Positions 14,875 through 27,747 of a stretch of 64,000 bases of DNA are shown here, in pieces (the stretch's first letter is position 1; each line of letters begins with the position of its first letter). The notes under the pieces were generated by a model. It ran no database searches, had not been told where the DNA came from, and saw only the letters and a program-made list of their open reading frames with translations. The position numbers were made by a program, and so were the translations under genes. This stretch comes from Podarcis liolepis (Eukaryota), in assembly GCA_965112155.1 (NCBI GenBank), contig OZ218107.1, one strand, 5' to 3'.

Positions 14875-15750
14875 GCCTAGATGTTGGTTAATAACAAAAC
14901 AAAACAAAATTGATTATTGCTTTTCCCAGAGCAACCAAAACATAGATCTTTACATTGTGTGTTTTCTTTATGACTGAAATATAACAAAATCCTAAATACA
15001 TTCCTCTATATTCCTCTCATGCATGAGTCAACAGCTGCAGACCTCTGAAGCAAACCTGGACCCCTAAGGATGCTGCTACCTGCCCCTTCACAAGTTACCG
15101 ATCTAAAGGTGAAAGATAAGCTGGTCTCTGTGGCAACAGAACTTGGTGGCATAGCATACTAGATGGTCTTCCCACCTCTTCTCCCACCTCAAAGTGTCCC
15201 CTGGACAGACGAATTCTTTACCAGAGCTCTCTTATGACCAATATAATTGTTTTTAAAGGATTATGGGCCTTTAAAAACACTTCAAACATTTCCCAACTAT
15301 TGTCAAAACCCATTTAAACTCTCAGGAGTATACAACCACTATGCAGGTTTATTGCTAAATTTCTACAGTGAAATTAAATAGGAAGTGATCAAAGTCTAAC
15401 TATGCTCGACATTTTAGGCATCAGGAATGAGTAGTTTCACCTGTAATGAACTGCTTCACCTATATTTAGTAGTTATGACTTTCATACTATTTTGGTAATA
15501 CACTTAGGATGTAAGACTATGGTAATTACATTTCCCTCAAGTTAACCTCTCTGGAAAAATATATATAATTATATACATTTTATTTAAAGTAGTATGGAAG
15601 CACAAAATTAACCACAGGGACAGATTTTGAAATGTTATTAACAGCATCTCCTTCTTTGAAGAGATAGGAACATCTTTTGGGGAAACTATCATTGAAAGAG
15701 GTTTTACAATACTTTTTTAAAAAGGAAGGAAGTGTAAGGTGCAACCTCAC

Positions 15751-16571
15751 CTGCTTGGTATTGTCTTTAAGCAGCCTTTGATAGATTTGTCTGTAACACC
15801 TTCCTGGACTTTATCTGTAACTTCTCCCTGGGCTTTATTCTCTTCCGCTGGTGGCGCAGTTTCCTTTTTGTGGCAGATCAAAATATAATTGCGATTGTCA
15901 TTGTTTGCCCAAAATATTCCCACCGATGTCTCATAACGGATGCAAAATTCAACCTTAGCGTCCTCTCTCTGATAAGGAGGAACCAATGAAATCTTGAACA
16001 AGAACTGGTCAGTCTCGCCATCACAAGAATTAGGCACATAATCTCCTAAGATGTCATAATAAGTCTGCCAGTTGTCCAAAGACATTCGGACATAGACCAG
16101 CTTTTCGAAGGATACATTCAGAACACGGATGGTGCCCTTCATACATGTTATCCCTGGCAGGAACTCGACAGACTCTAGCCATACTTTCTGTGCACGCACT
16201 TTTTGCAAAAGCTCTTCTTGTGTGGCAGGCAGTATAAACAGTGGAGATAAATAAAATTCCTCCACAGGCACAACTTCATCTTCTAAGTCGTCATTTGGTA
16301 ATGTAATTGGAACATCCCAGGTATCAAACTCCTTAACGGATACAAGGTCAAAACCAAATGCATCAGCAAATGAAACTTTTCTTGCAATGGTGGATGGGGT
16401 TTCTGCTTCCATTTCTTCAGAAGAATCTGAATTCCGCCTCCGGGGGCTGGGGGAGAAGCGGTGCTGCAGTGTAGCTTTAACATCTTCATCTTCTGAGAGA
16501 GAATCGCTTAAAGTGGGAACTTCTAATAAGTTCTCCCTACTAATCTGACCAGGTTCTTCAAAAGACTCCAT
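15751..16571 (-). CDS. PPP1R3A: Protein phosphatase 1 regulatory subunit 3A (GM/RGL, muscle glycogen-targeting subunit), coding exon 1
   Basis: Translation from ATG 16571 (MESFEEPGQISRENLLEVPTLSDSLSEDED) matches the GM N-terminus. It has the PP1-binding RVxF motif (RKVSFADAFG), a PKA-type site (RRRNS) and a CBM21 domain (GTIRVLNVSFEKLVYVR...FWANNDNRNY). The frame ends at a canonical donor CAG|GTGAGG (minus strand, exon end 15751; 821 nt, phase 2). Downstream exons were not recognised in the window. Confidence 0.95.
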
Positions 16572-16599
16572 TGGGTTCTCTGATATAAACCGAAAGAGA

Positions 16600-16720
16600 C
16601 CCGTCTGAGTAGTGGCAGCTGATATTTGAGACCTGCGATTTGAAACAAGGATTAATATTACAGTTGACATTGCAGAAGGGACTCTGCTCTATTAATAGAA
16701 GCAATGGCTTTTTAACTATG
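16600..16720 (-). promoter_or_regulatory. PPP1R3A proximal promoter with MEF2 site and E-boxes
   Basis: Perfect MEF2 consensus CTATTAATAG at 16689-16698, and E-boxes CAGCTG (16616-16621) and CAGTTG (16661-16666), within ~130 bp upstream of the ATG of a muscle-specific gene. Confidence 0.6.
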
Positions 16721-18309
16721 CTTGCCTGTTCTCCAAAGGCCTTCAGTCTGATAGCATTACTGTGAAAACATCCATTTTGAAACAGATGTCAACCAGCCAA
16801 CAACTTTAAACCTGAAACCACTTTCATCATGAAAGCAAACATAAAAACATACGTATTCATAATATACTAAGTTGACATTCCAAGTGATAGAAAGCAACCA
16901 TAGATTCCTGATCTGGGATGTTTATTTTGTTATCTTGAGGATTCCTATATTGTATGAGATTTCTATGCTATGCACAAAATAGGCAGTTTGACTTGCCTTA
17001 CATACGTGTATTTTTTTAAGGGCAGGGAGCCAGTATCTGCCCTCCGTGAACCATGTTAATCAACACTTTGCAGACAGATCCTAGGGTTGTAATCAGTTAA
17101 TCTGGTTTAATTTGGCATCGATGCCACTCCTTGTCTCTGTCATTCCTATAGCTGCCTTAAGTTTTATTTAATATCCTTTCTATATAGTTTTTGCCCTGTG
17201 GTTTAATGCATAGTTTCCTGAAAATCCACAATACTTTCAGCTTAAATGCTTTTCAAAAGGTAAGATTCTAACAAATGCATTTTTTCCAGCAGGAACTCAA
17301 TGGAACTCAGTTCCGGCACCACTCAGGTGGGTTCCATTGCCGTTCTAAGAGAACAACAGTGGTGTTCATGGTGTTCATTTTCTTTTTTCTAGAAAAACAG
17401 CACTGATTCTAACCCTTACACTTGAAGCAAAGGATGAAACTGCCTCGTGTCAAAACACATGAAGCATTGTGGGGAAGATGGAAGGAGGGAGAGAGGGCCA
17501 GCGGGGAATGTTGTAGGATTTTAATAAAAGGTTATGATCAGTGCCAGCTAGCAACTGCAAAACAGATGTGTCCTATGTGGCGCAAGTGTGGCAAATCTGC
17601 CCTGCTATGGGGCCTGTCAGATATAATCCCATTATAACTGAATACTACATTGTATCAGGTAGCTCTCAGCATTGCATGAGTCATCTTTTGACCAGCCCCT
17701 ACAATAGTCTTTCTCCGCCCATTTATATATATATATGGAATGACTTTGTGTCAGCATTAGAAAGCACCTGCACATTGTGCAAAAGAGATAAAGCCTACCC
17801 TGAATAGATTACAGATAGGGAATAAATTTGGTTCGGTTAGGATTTTATTGTGAACCTACTTAAATTGCACTTAGCTGAAACTATGTATGAGCCAAAACTC
17901 ATCTGTCCTTTGCAATTTCTCCACTCAGATGTGTGCAAAGATGTGTGTCTTAGGGGACAGTTTGCAAAAAATACATATATTAAAGAAAATTGCATATGCA
18001 TTGTATTGGGGGAAATTGCCTGCAAAAATGTGTGTATTAGGAGAAATGCTGATTTTTTTTATGTTGTGAACTGCCCTGAAATATAACAATAACAATAATA
18101 ACAACAATAACAACAATAGCAATAATTTACATGAGGACTGTTAAAAAAACAGTCCATTAACTGATACAGAAATGTTGCAGTTCAGGGAATGTGAATACAC
18201 TGGTGTCAGTTACATCTGAATAACAAGGAACTGCATATGGTGCAATTCCGTGTTTATTGAACAATCAGGCTCCATATTGGTATTCAGAATCAATTCTGAA
18301 TTAAACTGA

Positions 18310-18930
18310 AGTCCCGTCTAGTCTGGCATCCTGTTACCCACCATAGCCAAGCAGATATTTCTGGGGAGCGCAAAAACAAGGCATGAATACAACAAGCCCC
18401 GGCTGATATGCCTCTGCAGCAAATGGCATACAGAGGCATGCAGGTTTCATATAGCCACCATTATTAGCAGCCACTGCTACCCTTACCCCATGTGACTTTG
18501 TCTAATCCTTTTTGAAGTCATCTAACCCAGAGGCTATCCCTATGTCTTTTGCCACAAAAATCCCATAAATTACAAATTATTTTGTCTGTTCAGAATCTCC
18601 AACAAATCAGCTTTATTGGATGACCCCAGATTCTTCTATTATGGGACAAGGAGTAAGAATACCTTTTCTCTATGTGCTTTCTTCACGCCATGCCTAATTT
18701 TATTAAAATGCTTAGCATTTATCCACCCCCAGCCACATTTTTTAAAAGCAAAAAAGCCCCAAATGCTTTAGCTTTCTTTTGCAAATAGACACTACTTCAT
18801 ACCTCTTAGAATTTTGATTGCACCTTTTTGCACCTCTTCCAGCTCAACGTATCCTTGTGCAGATGGGGTGAGCAGAACTGTATACCGTATTGCATTTGTG
18901 ATCCACACTGCAGACTTGTATTAAGAGAAT
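18310..18930 (-). mobile_element. Old degenerate CR1-like LINE 3' fragment
   Basis: Decayed similarity to the CR1 ORF2 end and 3' UTR (ccttttgaagtcatctaa, ggatgacccc, cagaactgtat); related to 61700-62880. Confidence 0.5.
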
Positions 18931-21478
18931 GATCGTACAGATGGTTTTATTTTTAATCCATTTCCAAATTCCCTTGCATGGAATTTCCTTTTCCTTTCTT
19001 TTTATTTGCAGTCGCCACACACTGCATAAAAAAAGTCTTACCCCTCTCTGAATTTCTTCACCATCTCAGCAAGAACAATTCAAGCAAGAAAAATTCAAAA
19101 CAGGGGTGTTTTCTGTTGGAAGAACTCTCTGACTTGGTCTCACATGTGGCTCCATCAACATCCATGAATTTTCTGTCCAGTTTACTGTCACAATATACTG
19201 GTAGTCACAGCATATTGACATTTAATGTCTCTGTTTTGCATAGTATATTTTCAGGCTTCATTTCATGTACTTAGATACATTACATTGGCAAGCGGAACGT
19301 AAAATGGTTTTGTAAGGGACCTGGCCCTTTGTAAACTGGATTTTTTTTGTCTGTGTGGCTTTTTTATTTTGTAATGTTTAGTTGTTGTTGTTTTAATTGT
19401 TTAAAGTTGTTGTGGTTAGGATTGTTTTACATTCTTTAAATAAATAGTTGGGAAGTCCCTGGACCATAAGGGAAGGTAGAATCGGTCTTAATTAACTAAT
19501 TGATTGATGCAATCTTTTGGATAAGCTTTTCCAGCTCGATGAAAAGGCCTCTGTCCTAGGTGTTCATTTTGTAATCTTCAGCTGTTTTTTATATGTATAT
19601 AAAAGGTGGTTCATTATGCATGAGACATGTGTAAAAGGCGGATGTGTGTGTAGTCTTTCTGTACACCAAAATAGGTAATGAAAACTGCTAAAATATTAAT
19701 CCAGTCTGATCTATCCCATGGGTGTGTTTAGATCAGATGTGCTGTGTATCAAACTGTATATCACTGAGCCAAGGCAACCTCATTTGCAGCAAACAAATTC
19801 CTTGCCCTTTCCCACAAGAGAAATAGAAGCAGCCTGGTAAGAATAAAAACCAAGAAGCTATCAAAAATCATCCTTGTATGGAGAAAGGGAGGATTTCCAG
19901 ATGTTGTTGAACTACATTGCCCATCATCTTGACCATTGGCCATGATGGCTGGGACTGATGGGAGCTGACGTCCAACAAGTTCAGGAGGGGTCCCCCCCCC
20001 CAGATATTCAAGCCATCCCTGCTTCAACAGTTCACGTGTGTGTTATTAGCTAACCACCTCTTTTCTTCAGTATCTCCAGCTCCAAAAGCCAGCTGTGGGT
20101 TTTCTGAAGATTTCACAATTGGTGCACATCACATGGAAGATAGAAGGATTTCGTACCAGCAACTAGGACCAGCGCTGGCCCACCCATGAGGCAAGGCGAG
20201 GTGGCCGCCTTAGATGGCAGATCTGGCTTCCAAGAAATGCATTGCTCATTGTTGCTGCCACTGCACTCCACTGTTGTGCCTCATGTAGATCTTCACTACC
20301 CTTGTGCCTGGTAGAGATACTTTTAGTCCCCTCTTGTTCCCTGGTGGATGGGCGAGCGCCATTTTGTGGTTTCCCTCAGGTGCCAAAATGTACTGGGCTG
20401 GTCCTGGCTAGCACCACATGTTCCAGGACCACACTGCACAATCACTTGATACGTTGGTAGTGGTCAGCTTATTACCTGCTAAGCTTGCATTCCATGGACT
20501 GGTGTGTTTGCATGATAAATAAAAATAGCACTATACACTTTATCAGTGGCAGCTTTTTCGTACATTTCTGTTATCTTAAGGTTAAGGTATTGAGGTGCTA
20601 TTGAAGCTGTGTTTTTAATAAAGGTTTCCTTCAACAAACAACTTATGAAGTTTTTAACAGTATTATTGTACATTCAGATCCATTCTCTCTATAGAATATT
20701 AATCCCAATGCCCTTTTTCCATTTTTGCATGTAATTAGATTCTGGTATCTGAATCTGATGAAAAATATCATTTCCCAGCTAAACCTTTTGAGTTAACTGA
20801 TGCAATTAATGTTTCAGATGCTGTCTTTTCCCAAACTGAGGTAATTTTTCATTCCTCTTAATGATACTCTTTATCTGGAAATGTTGAAGAAGTCTATTTG
20901 CACCCATTTTATTAAAAACTTTATCATTACCACCCATTTTATTAAGTTCTTGAAGAGATAGCAGATGCCTACCACATGTTAGTTCGCTTGTTTAAATGCA
21001 TGCTATAATCATACCAAAAAAGACACCTCCTAAGACATTGAGTAAAGTGAAGTTTTCTTTGCAGAAATACATGTAAAAAGAGAAGGATCTGGCTCACCCA
21101 GAGAAGTGAAGTCTTCTCTCTGGTCTGTGCCAAGGCCTGTCTCCAAAAATATTTTGTTCCCAATGAACCAATTGTGAGCACTGTTCATAATTATTCAGAG
21201 GCCAGCTGGCAGTCTCCTTTCCATTCACTTGTGCATTCTACTACGGCAGCATGCATGCCTTTCAGTCGCATGGGGGGAAACATGATTGTTTTGCTTCAGC
21301 AGGAACCTTCCAAATTCCCTCTGCAATTCACTCTAGTTTAAATTTGTTGGCAACTCTGTTTTTGCAGATTTTTTTTACAGATCATTGCTCTGGGATCAAG
21401 TTGTGACCAGCATCATGAGTAAGGGCTACCAAGAAGAAAGGTTTGAACTCAAAGACTGTGCTTTTCCTTGACCACCTG

Positions 21479-21486
<8 letters not shown>

Positions 21487-21557
<71 letters not shown>
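21487..21557. repeat. (GT)n(GA)n compound microsatellite
   Basis: Direct reading. Confidence 0.95.
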
Positions 21558-21561
<4 letters not shown>

Positions 21562-21704
21562 CACTGACTCCCCCAGGAGCGCCTACAAGGACGTGTTGGA
21601 CCAGCAGATCAAAACATAGTGCTGGCTATCCCATCCATTCTTGGCTCTCTGCTGGATCCCACTCTGAACACATGCCTACATGAGTACCCCTCATCTTTTA
21701 AACA

Positions 21705-22035
21705 GGACTACAGGTGGTGCTCTGGGTTAAACCACAGAAGGTCGGCAGTTCGAATCCCTGTGATGGGGTGAGCTCCCGTTGCTCAGTCCCTGCTCCTGTC
21801 AACCTAGCAGTTCAAAAGCACATCAGAGTGCAAGTAGATAAATAGGTACTGCTCAGGCGGGAAGGTAAACAAAGTTTCCATGTGCTGCTCTGGTTCGCCA
21901 GAAGCGGCTTAGTCATGCTGGCCACATGACCCGAAAGCTGTATGCCGGCTCCCTCGGCCAATAAAGCGAAATGAGCGCCGCAACCCCAGAATCGGCCACA
22001 ACTGGACCTAATGGCCAGGGGTCCCTTTACCTTTA
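21705..22035 (+). mobile_element. Sauria SINE
   Basis: tRNA-like head (ggttaaaccacagaaggtcggcagttcgaatcc), diagnostic body gtgcaagtagataaataggtac...gtcatgctggccacatgacc, and an (ACCTTT) tail. Confidence 0.9.
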
Positions 22036-22322
22036 TAGGTAGGCGGACCTTGTGCAGCTAACAGGATGCTTCATTGTTCATTCTTCTAAACTTTCTCATC
22101 ATAGGCTTTGCTCCAGGAGGGCCTAGAATGATCAGGGGTGCTGGTATCTCGAACTGGATCAGGCAGGCAGATGGTGTGGGGCCTTCTTGTGCTACTGATG
22201 GGGTGTCATTGAGATGGCAGGCTCCAACTGCTCTTCAGAGACCCTGGAAGTGCTGTGGGTCCTGCTCTTCCTCAGGAGTCTTCTTGGACCAAACCTGGCC
22301 AGGCACTAACAAAAGTTTAGGC

Positions 22323-22458
22323 CAGGCATTCCCAACCTGCGGCCCTTCAGATGTTTTGGCCTACAGCTCCCATGATCTCTAGCTAACAGGACCAGTGGTC
22401 AGGGATGATGGGAATTGTAGTCCAAAACATCTGGAGGGCCAAACTTTGGGGATGCCTG
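22323..22458. mobile_element. Palindromic hAT-type MITE, family B
   Basis: TIRs CAGGCAT/ATGCCTG; perfect 8-bp TSD gtttaggc. Confidence 0.85.
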
Positions 22459-22662
22459 GTTTAGGCTGGGCTTCAGAGATGAAAGCTTCTGTTTTGATTT
22501 TGTGCAATAGACTGGAAATAATTACAGCCAAGTCCGCAACAAATTTCACTTCAATTTGTATTTTCTATCAGGCAAGCATGTGTTCTGTCAAATGCAAACA
22601 TGTTTGACTAGGTGTCACGCACAGGAGCCAAGCAGTGATATCAGTTTTTTCTGCATATCAGC

Positions 22663-22914
22663 GAAGGGTCAGCAAACTTTTTCAGCAGATGGCTGGTCCA
22701 CTGTCCCTCAGACCTTGTGGGGGGCCGGACTATATTTTTTTGGGGGGGGGATGAATGAATTCCTATGCCCCACAAATAACCCAGAGATGCATTTTAAATA
22801 AAAGCACACATTCCACTCATGTAAAAACACACTGATTGCTGGACCGTCTGTGGGCCGGATTTAGAAGGCGATTGGGCCGGATCTGGCCCCCGGGCCTTAG
22901 TTTGCCTACCCATG
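22663..22914 (+). mobile_element. hAT-type MITE, family A
   Basis: Closely similar to 5011-5259; lies ~390 bp upstream of the forkhead ORF. Confidence 0.85.
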
Positions 22915-23301
22915 ATCTAACCCTTTCACAATGCTATCAAACTGCGATCTTTTTTTCCTTCAGTCCTTGGCTTTCAGTGGGGAACACTGAAGGGTGTTTT
23001 CCCAGATTATGCAGAAGGAAATGGCAGTCTGCTTATCTTCATGCCTTTCTTGCTAGAATTGTTTCATTTTCCCTCCCCTATTCAGTTAGTATCTGCACCT
23101 TGATTTCTTGTAAATATGAGTAGCTAACCCAGTATAAAAGAGAGAACAGAATATGAGCTGGAGCTGAACACCCATTTAGGTTGCATGTACCTCATTTACT
23201 TTGGCTGCAAGCGGCTGTATCAAATGAATACTTTTCCCAAAAATCTTCCCATAAAATACTGTAAAACCTAAGCAGTAACCCAGGAATTCAGGACTACTGC
23301 A

Positions 23302-23948
23302 ATGATTGGCAACTTTGAGAGCATCATAGACATTCCAAACACCTGTGAAAACTACCAAGAAAAGGTAGACGCATCCAATGGAATTTCTCCCAGACTAGCA
23401 ATTGGTGTGCTATATGCCAGAAGAAGTCTATCAAAACGCATAACCGAAGATGCTACGGAGAAGCCGCCACTATCTTACATCACTTTGATTGCTAATGCGA
23501 TTCTTTCCTCGTCTATAAGGAAGCTCACTTTAGCTGCTATTTACAAATATATTGAAGAAAATATTCCTTTTTACAGGAAGAGAGGCCAAAGCTGGAAAAA
23601 CAGTGTCAGGCATAATCTTTCACTAAATGATTGCTTTATCAAAGTGGGAAGGTGTGAAGACGGCAAAGGAAATTACTGGAGCATCCAGCAAATGTAAACG
23701 ATTTTGTGCATGGTGACTTTCGGCAACACCGCAGACTGCACCAACAAGGACGCCAAAGGGAATATGACCCACATCACAGCACATCTTACCGTGCACCGTG
23801 GGGAAACTGCTCTTGTTTGATACTCGTTTTGCCTTCTCAAATGAATCCCTACTTTTGGGATCCCTTCTGGGAAACGCTGATTGTGAAAATGCTTTCCAAG
23901 GGCTGGAGGTTAACTTTGGTTTTTCCCATGGAAAGTTTTAATCTGTGA
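23302..23948 (+). pseudogene. Intronless FoxQ2-type forkhead transcription factor gene, frameshifted near 23683-23688 (pseudogene, null allele or assembly error)
   Basis: ORF 23302-23697 encodes [18 protein letters not shown]...[32 protein letters not shown] shifted frame continues at once with [18 protein letters not shown], the wing-2 signature typical of FoxQ2, to a stop at 23948. There is TATAAAA at 23133-23139 and AATAAA at 24195-24200. Confidence 0.8.
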
Positions 23949-26900
23949 TACAATTCAGTGAAGCAAAATGGAACTCCGTGGATGTGTTTTATGGGTTACG
24001 TTCTTCAACTGTACAGCAGAACATTTCCCTGAATGTTCAACAGATGTTCCCTGCTTCCTTATGCATATGCCCTTTCAATCTACAGAGTAGAGATGCATTC
24101 AGCTATATCTTTCAGAACCTGAGAGGATGCTACTTGCACTTGGACTGGACCAATTCAGCTGGACATTTCATCCCTGATGACCAATTCATACTTTAATAAA
24201 TACAACATGATAAAAGTATTTGCTGTAAAAGACAGTGGTGTAATACTGGGACTTTGTTGGAAATGAGTCTCATTTATTTTAATGGAAATTGGTTTCGCAT
24301 TAAGAATGCTTAGGGTCAGACTTGACTGAGATTGTACTGCAAATCAGTGAACCGATGTCTTTTATTGTCACAGCTGTTGCTTGGGGGAGTCTCTCGCTTT
24401 TGGTTTTTACACTGTCAATATTATATTCCACAGTTGCAAATGATGCTTCAGAGAATACAGTCAACATTGCTGCATGGAAATCACAAACCATTTCATCTAA
24501 GTGATTGTTCAGGAATTGTTTAGAAAACCTCACAGCATTTTCTTTAACAATAATGATTGCAAATAGCTACTCTTCAGAAAGCTTTAAGCTGTTACTGCTG
24601 TACATTCTTCTTTATTCAATAAGATAACAAGAGTTGCTGACTTTTACAAAACTGCAGTTACTGCTGATATAATCTGAAACGATGATATGACTGTCAACAC
24701 ATTGTACAGTCCTATTTCAGTGTGAAGTTCATTGCATTGTTTACATTTATTAACAATGAACTTATCATTGTAATGGGGACAGTCTGATCTCATATCTTCT
24801 GCTTCAACAGGAATAAACCAGAAGCATTGGCTATTATACCATACAGTTAATGTATTCTTTAGGCATACTCATGTGGAACTATGGACTGGGAAGCCAATGA
24901 CATAAATGTTTATTCATAATGTGGGGTCTTTATGCCTTTTCTAGAAGTCATTCTTGCTAGTATTATTGGAATACTGCATCCAGTTATAGGTGCCACAATT
25001 TAGGAAGGATGTTGAGAAGCTGGAACGTGTGCAGAGAGAACTCAGCTAATAAATTTAGATTTAACTTGATGAAAGATTAGAAATGTTAGTGGGAGATTAG
25101 CGATGGAAGAGAACATGCTTATACAGATAACTACTGGTACCTGAGATGAAACCATTTAGAGACAATTGCCATAATTGAAAATACAAATTATACTAGTAAA
25201 GCACAATGTCTGAGAGACCTCTTTTCAGATATCACATTGCCATCTATTTCCCTCCTGAAAACTTAGAACAGCATTCAAAATGTGTACACAAACTTTCATT
25301 CCAACATCTCAGCGTTGAATGCAAATGTTGTATTGCATTGTCTTTTGCATTTTCCCTCACATTAAAATGAGGTGGGGGTTTCGTGGATACCTGAAACTTC
25401 AGGTATGGAATTCTGTCTTGAACATATGTGCAAAGTTTAGTTCCAATGTCTTGGTGTTTACTTGAGTTATCACATGACAAACAAACAGTATGCCAAATGG
25501 ACCCATTGAACCAAAGACCTTATTCTTCATGGTCAATAAAAAGTTTTTGTTTTAAAAAGGCACAAATATGTTTTAATTCAAGTATGTGTCTCGAATAAAC
25601 AAGGCAGGAGGCTATCCTTTTCTCTGCGCAGCTACTTTTGGAGTGTACATATTAAATGCCAAGTGACTGACATAAATAGCTTAGGCTGAAGTCATGTGGA
25701 CTCCTATAAATAAGCCCCACTGGCTCAGTTTTTCTTATACCGGCAGACAGTCCCCAACACACTGCTTGAAGTAAAGGCTGATTTGTATATTCAGGGGAAA
25801 GCACATTATTCCCAGCTTCTTGTGACTGTGGGAGAATCATTTGACTGAATGTTCAGCTGCGTCAGTTCAAAAAACCCACCTGTGACAAAATGGGCCTCTT
25901 AGGATGAATGGTTTCTGCTGTAGCCCTACCAGAGTATTCTGTGTTCAGGGCATTTGCCACAGAGGAGATTATTTGAATATGCAACCGGTCACTGCATTTC
26001 TAAGTCATACCATTCCAAGAGGGCTTTATAAAATGATCTTCCTGAATGTGTTGATCAGATCTCAACCCCATTGGTTTTATATTTCATATTTCAGGACTGA
26101 AAACAAGCGAAAGCAGAAGTAAAATAACTTGGTTGAAATGTTATTTTATCCTGCATTTAGCAAATAATTAATTCTGTGACAGTCCTGGCCTAATCTTAAA
26201 TTGAAGGTTTATCTCCCCCCCCCCCCCCGCAAAAAAATGCTATTTGTTTTATTTAGTGCGTGCTGATTATTGTGCATTTTCTATCTATATGAACTAGCTG
26301 TTCTTGCCTTAGGCTGTGTGCCAATGGTACCACCAGGCACCACAAACCAGCCCCTTCTACAAAAGAACAGTGTTGCACCTCTAGCAGTCACTACAATGTC
26401 TTCCCTACCCATTTATTTACTTTTCACAGGCTGCTACTGCTGTGGAGCAAAGACGCTTCAAGCAGTTGGGCCTACCAGGTTCATTTCCAGGAGTGCTGTG
26501 CCTCTGGGCTCATGTGAAAAGAAAAACAATCAGTTGATGGATGGAGAGCAGAAAACAGCACAAATCAACCGAGTTGGAATTTGTCTGCTTCTGTGCATCC
26601 TGTGATGGGGGGTGGGGGTGGACCTGCCCATTTCAGTTGTACCTGTTTCTAACTTTCCCCATCAAATTCAGTTTTCTGCATTTCTGCATCCATTTGTGAT
26701 TTCTTTTAAATAATAATTAAAAATCCTCATGCAAATTCATCAGCATTTTAGTGCAAATTTCTCCTAGTGAACACAAAACTTTGTATGCAGCTTGAAGTAA
26801 TGCACACATTTTTGCAAGCAATTTATCCTAACTTAATGATTTTTGTGTGTTCTTTCCACCAATATATGCATTTTTATGTGCACTTTAATATACACGCTTT

Positions 26901-27344
26901 TTTTGCTAACTAACTGCAATGCAAAGTTCAGATAAGTGCAAATTGTGAATGACGGGTGCGTGTTAGCTCTCAAATTGTTTTAGGGAGTTCAAATTCAATA
27001 GATTCGCCTTTAAGCGCAAAAAGAAACTGCATTTCTCCCCCATCCTGCCTGTGGGGATGTGTGTGTATGTGAGAGAGTGTGGGATAGCCACATCCATTGT
27101 TGCCCCCCCCCGAGGCTTGGTCCAGGGTGAATGTGTCCCTTGGGTCATAATGGGTTAACTGCCCTGATTTAGAGCTACTTCGCTGCACAAGAGCAGCACC
27201 CTCTGCTGTGAGAAGAAAGCGGGAGATGAAGGCTGTTGCAGTGACTGCTGCTGTCACCGCCAACACCTGGTAAAGTGAGAAGAGAGAAGGCCAATCGGGT
27301 AGAGGGAAGGGAACAACCATGTCCCCCTTTCTGTCTTTTTCTTT

Positions 27345-27747
27345 TCATAGAATCATAGAATTGTAGAAATGGAAGAGTCCAACCCCCCTGCTATGCAGGG
27401 ATCTCAGCTAAAGCATCCATGACAGATGACCATCCAACTTCTGCTTAAAAACCTCCAAGGAAGGAGAGTCTACAACCTCAAGAGGGAGACTGTTCCACTG
27501 TCCAACAGCTCTTAGTGTTAGAAAGTTATTCCTGATGTTCGGAATCTCTTGTAATTTGAAGCCATTGGTTTGAGTCCTACCCTCCAGAGCAGGAGAAAAC
27601 AAGCTTGTTCCCTCTTCCATGAGACAGCCCTTGAGATATTTGAAGATGGCTATCATATCTCCTCTCAATCTCCTCTTTTCCAGGTTAAACATTCCCAGCT
27701 CCTTCAACCTTTCCTTATAAGGCTTGGTTTCCAGACCCCTGGTCATC
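27345..27747 (-). mobile_element. CR1 LINE 3' fragment
   Basis: ORF KMTRGLETKPYKERLKELGMFNLEKRRLRGDMIAIFKYLKG...EVFKQKLDGHLS, with an (ATTCTATG) tail at 27345. Confidence 0.92.

Noticed and set aside
16572-16670. N-terminal extension of the PPP1R3A ORF (MSTVILILV...)
   Set aside because: Homology to GM starts at MESFEEP (ATG 16571). The upstream ATG lies in promoter/5' UTR sequence near the MEF2 site.
23302-23697. Forkhead ORF as a FOXP2 exon or FOXP2 retrocopy
   Set aside because: It lacks FoxP signatures (RPPFTYA, NAVRHNLSLHKCF) and instead has FoxQ2-type residues.
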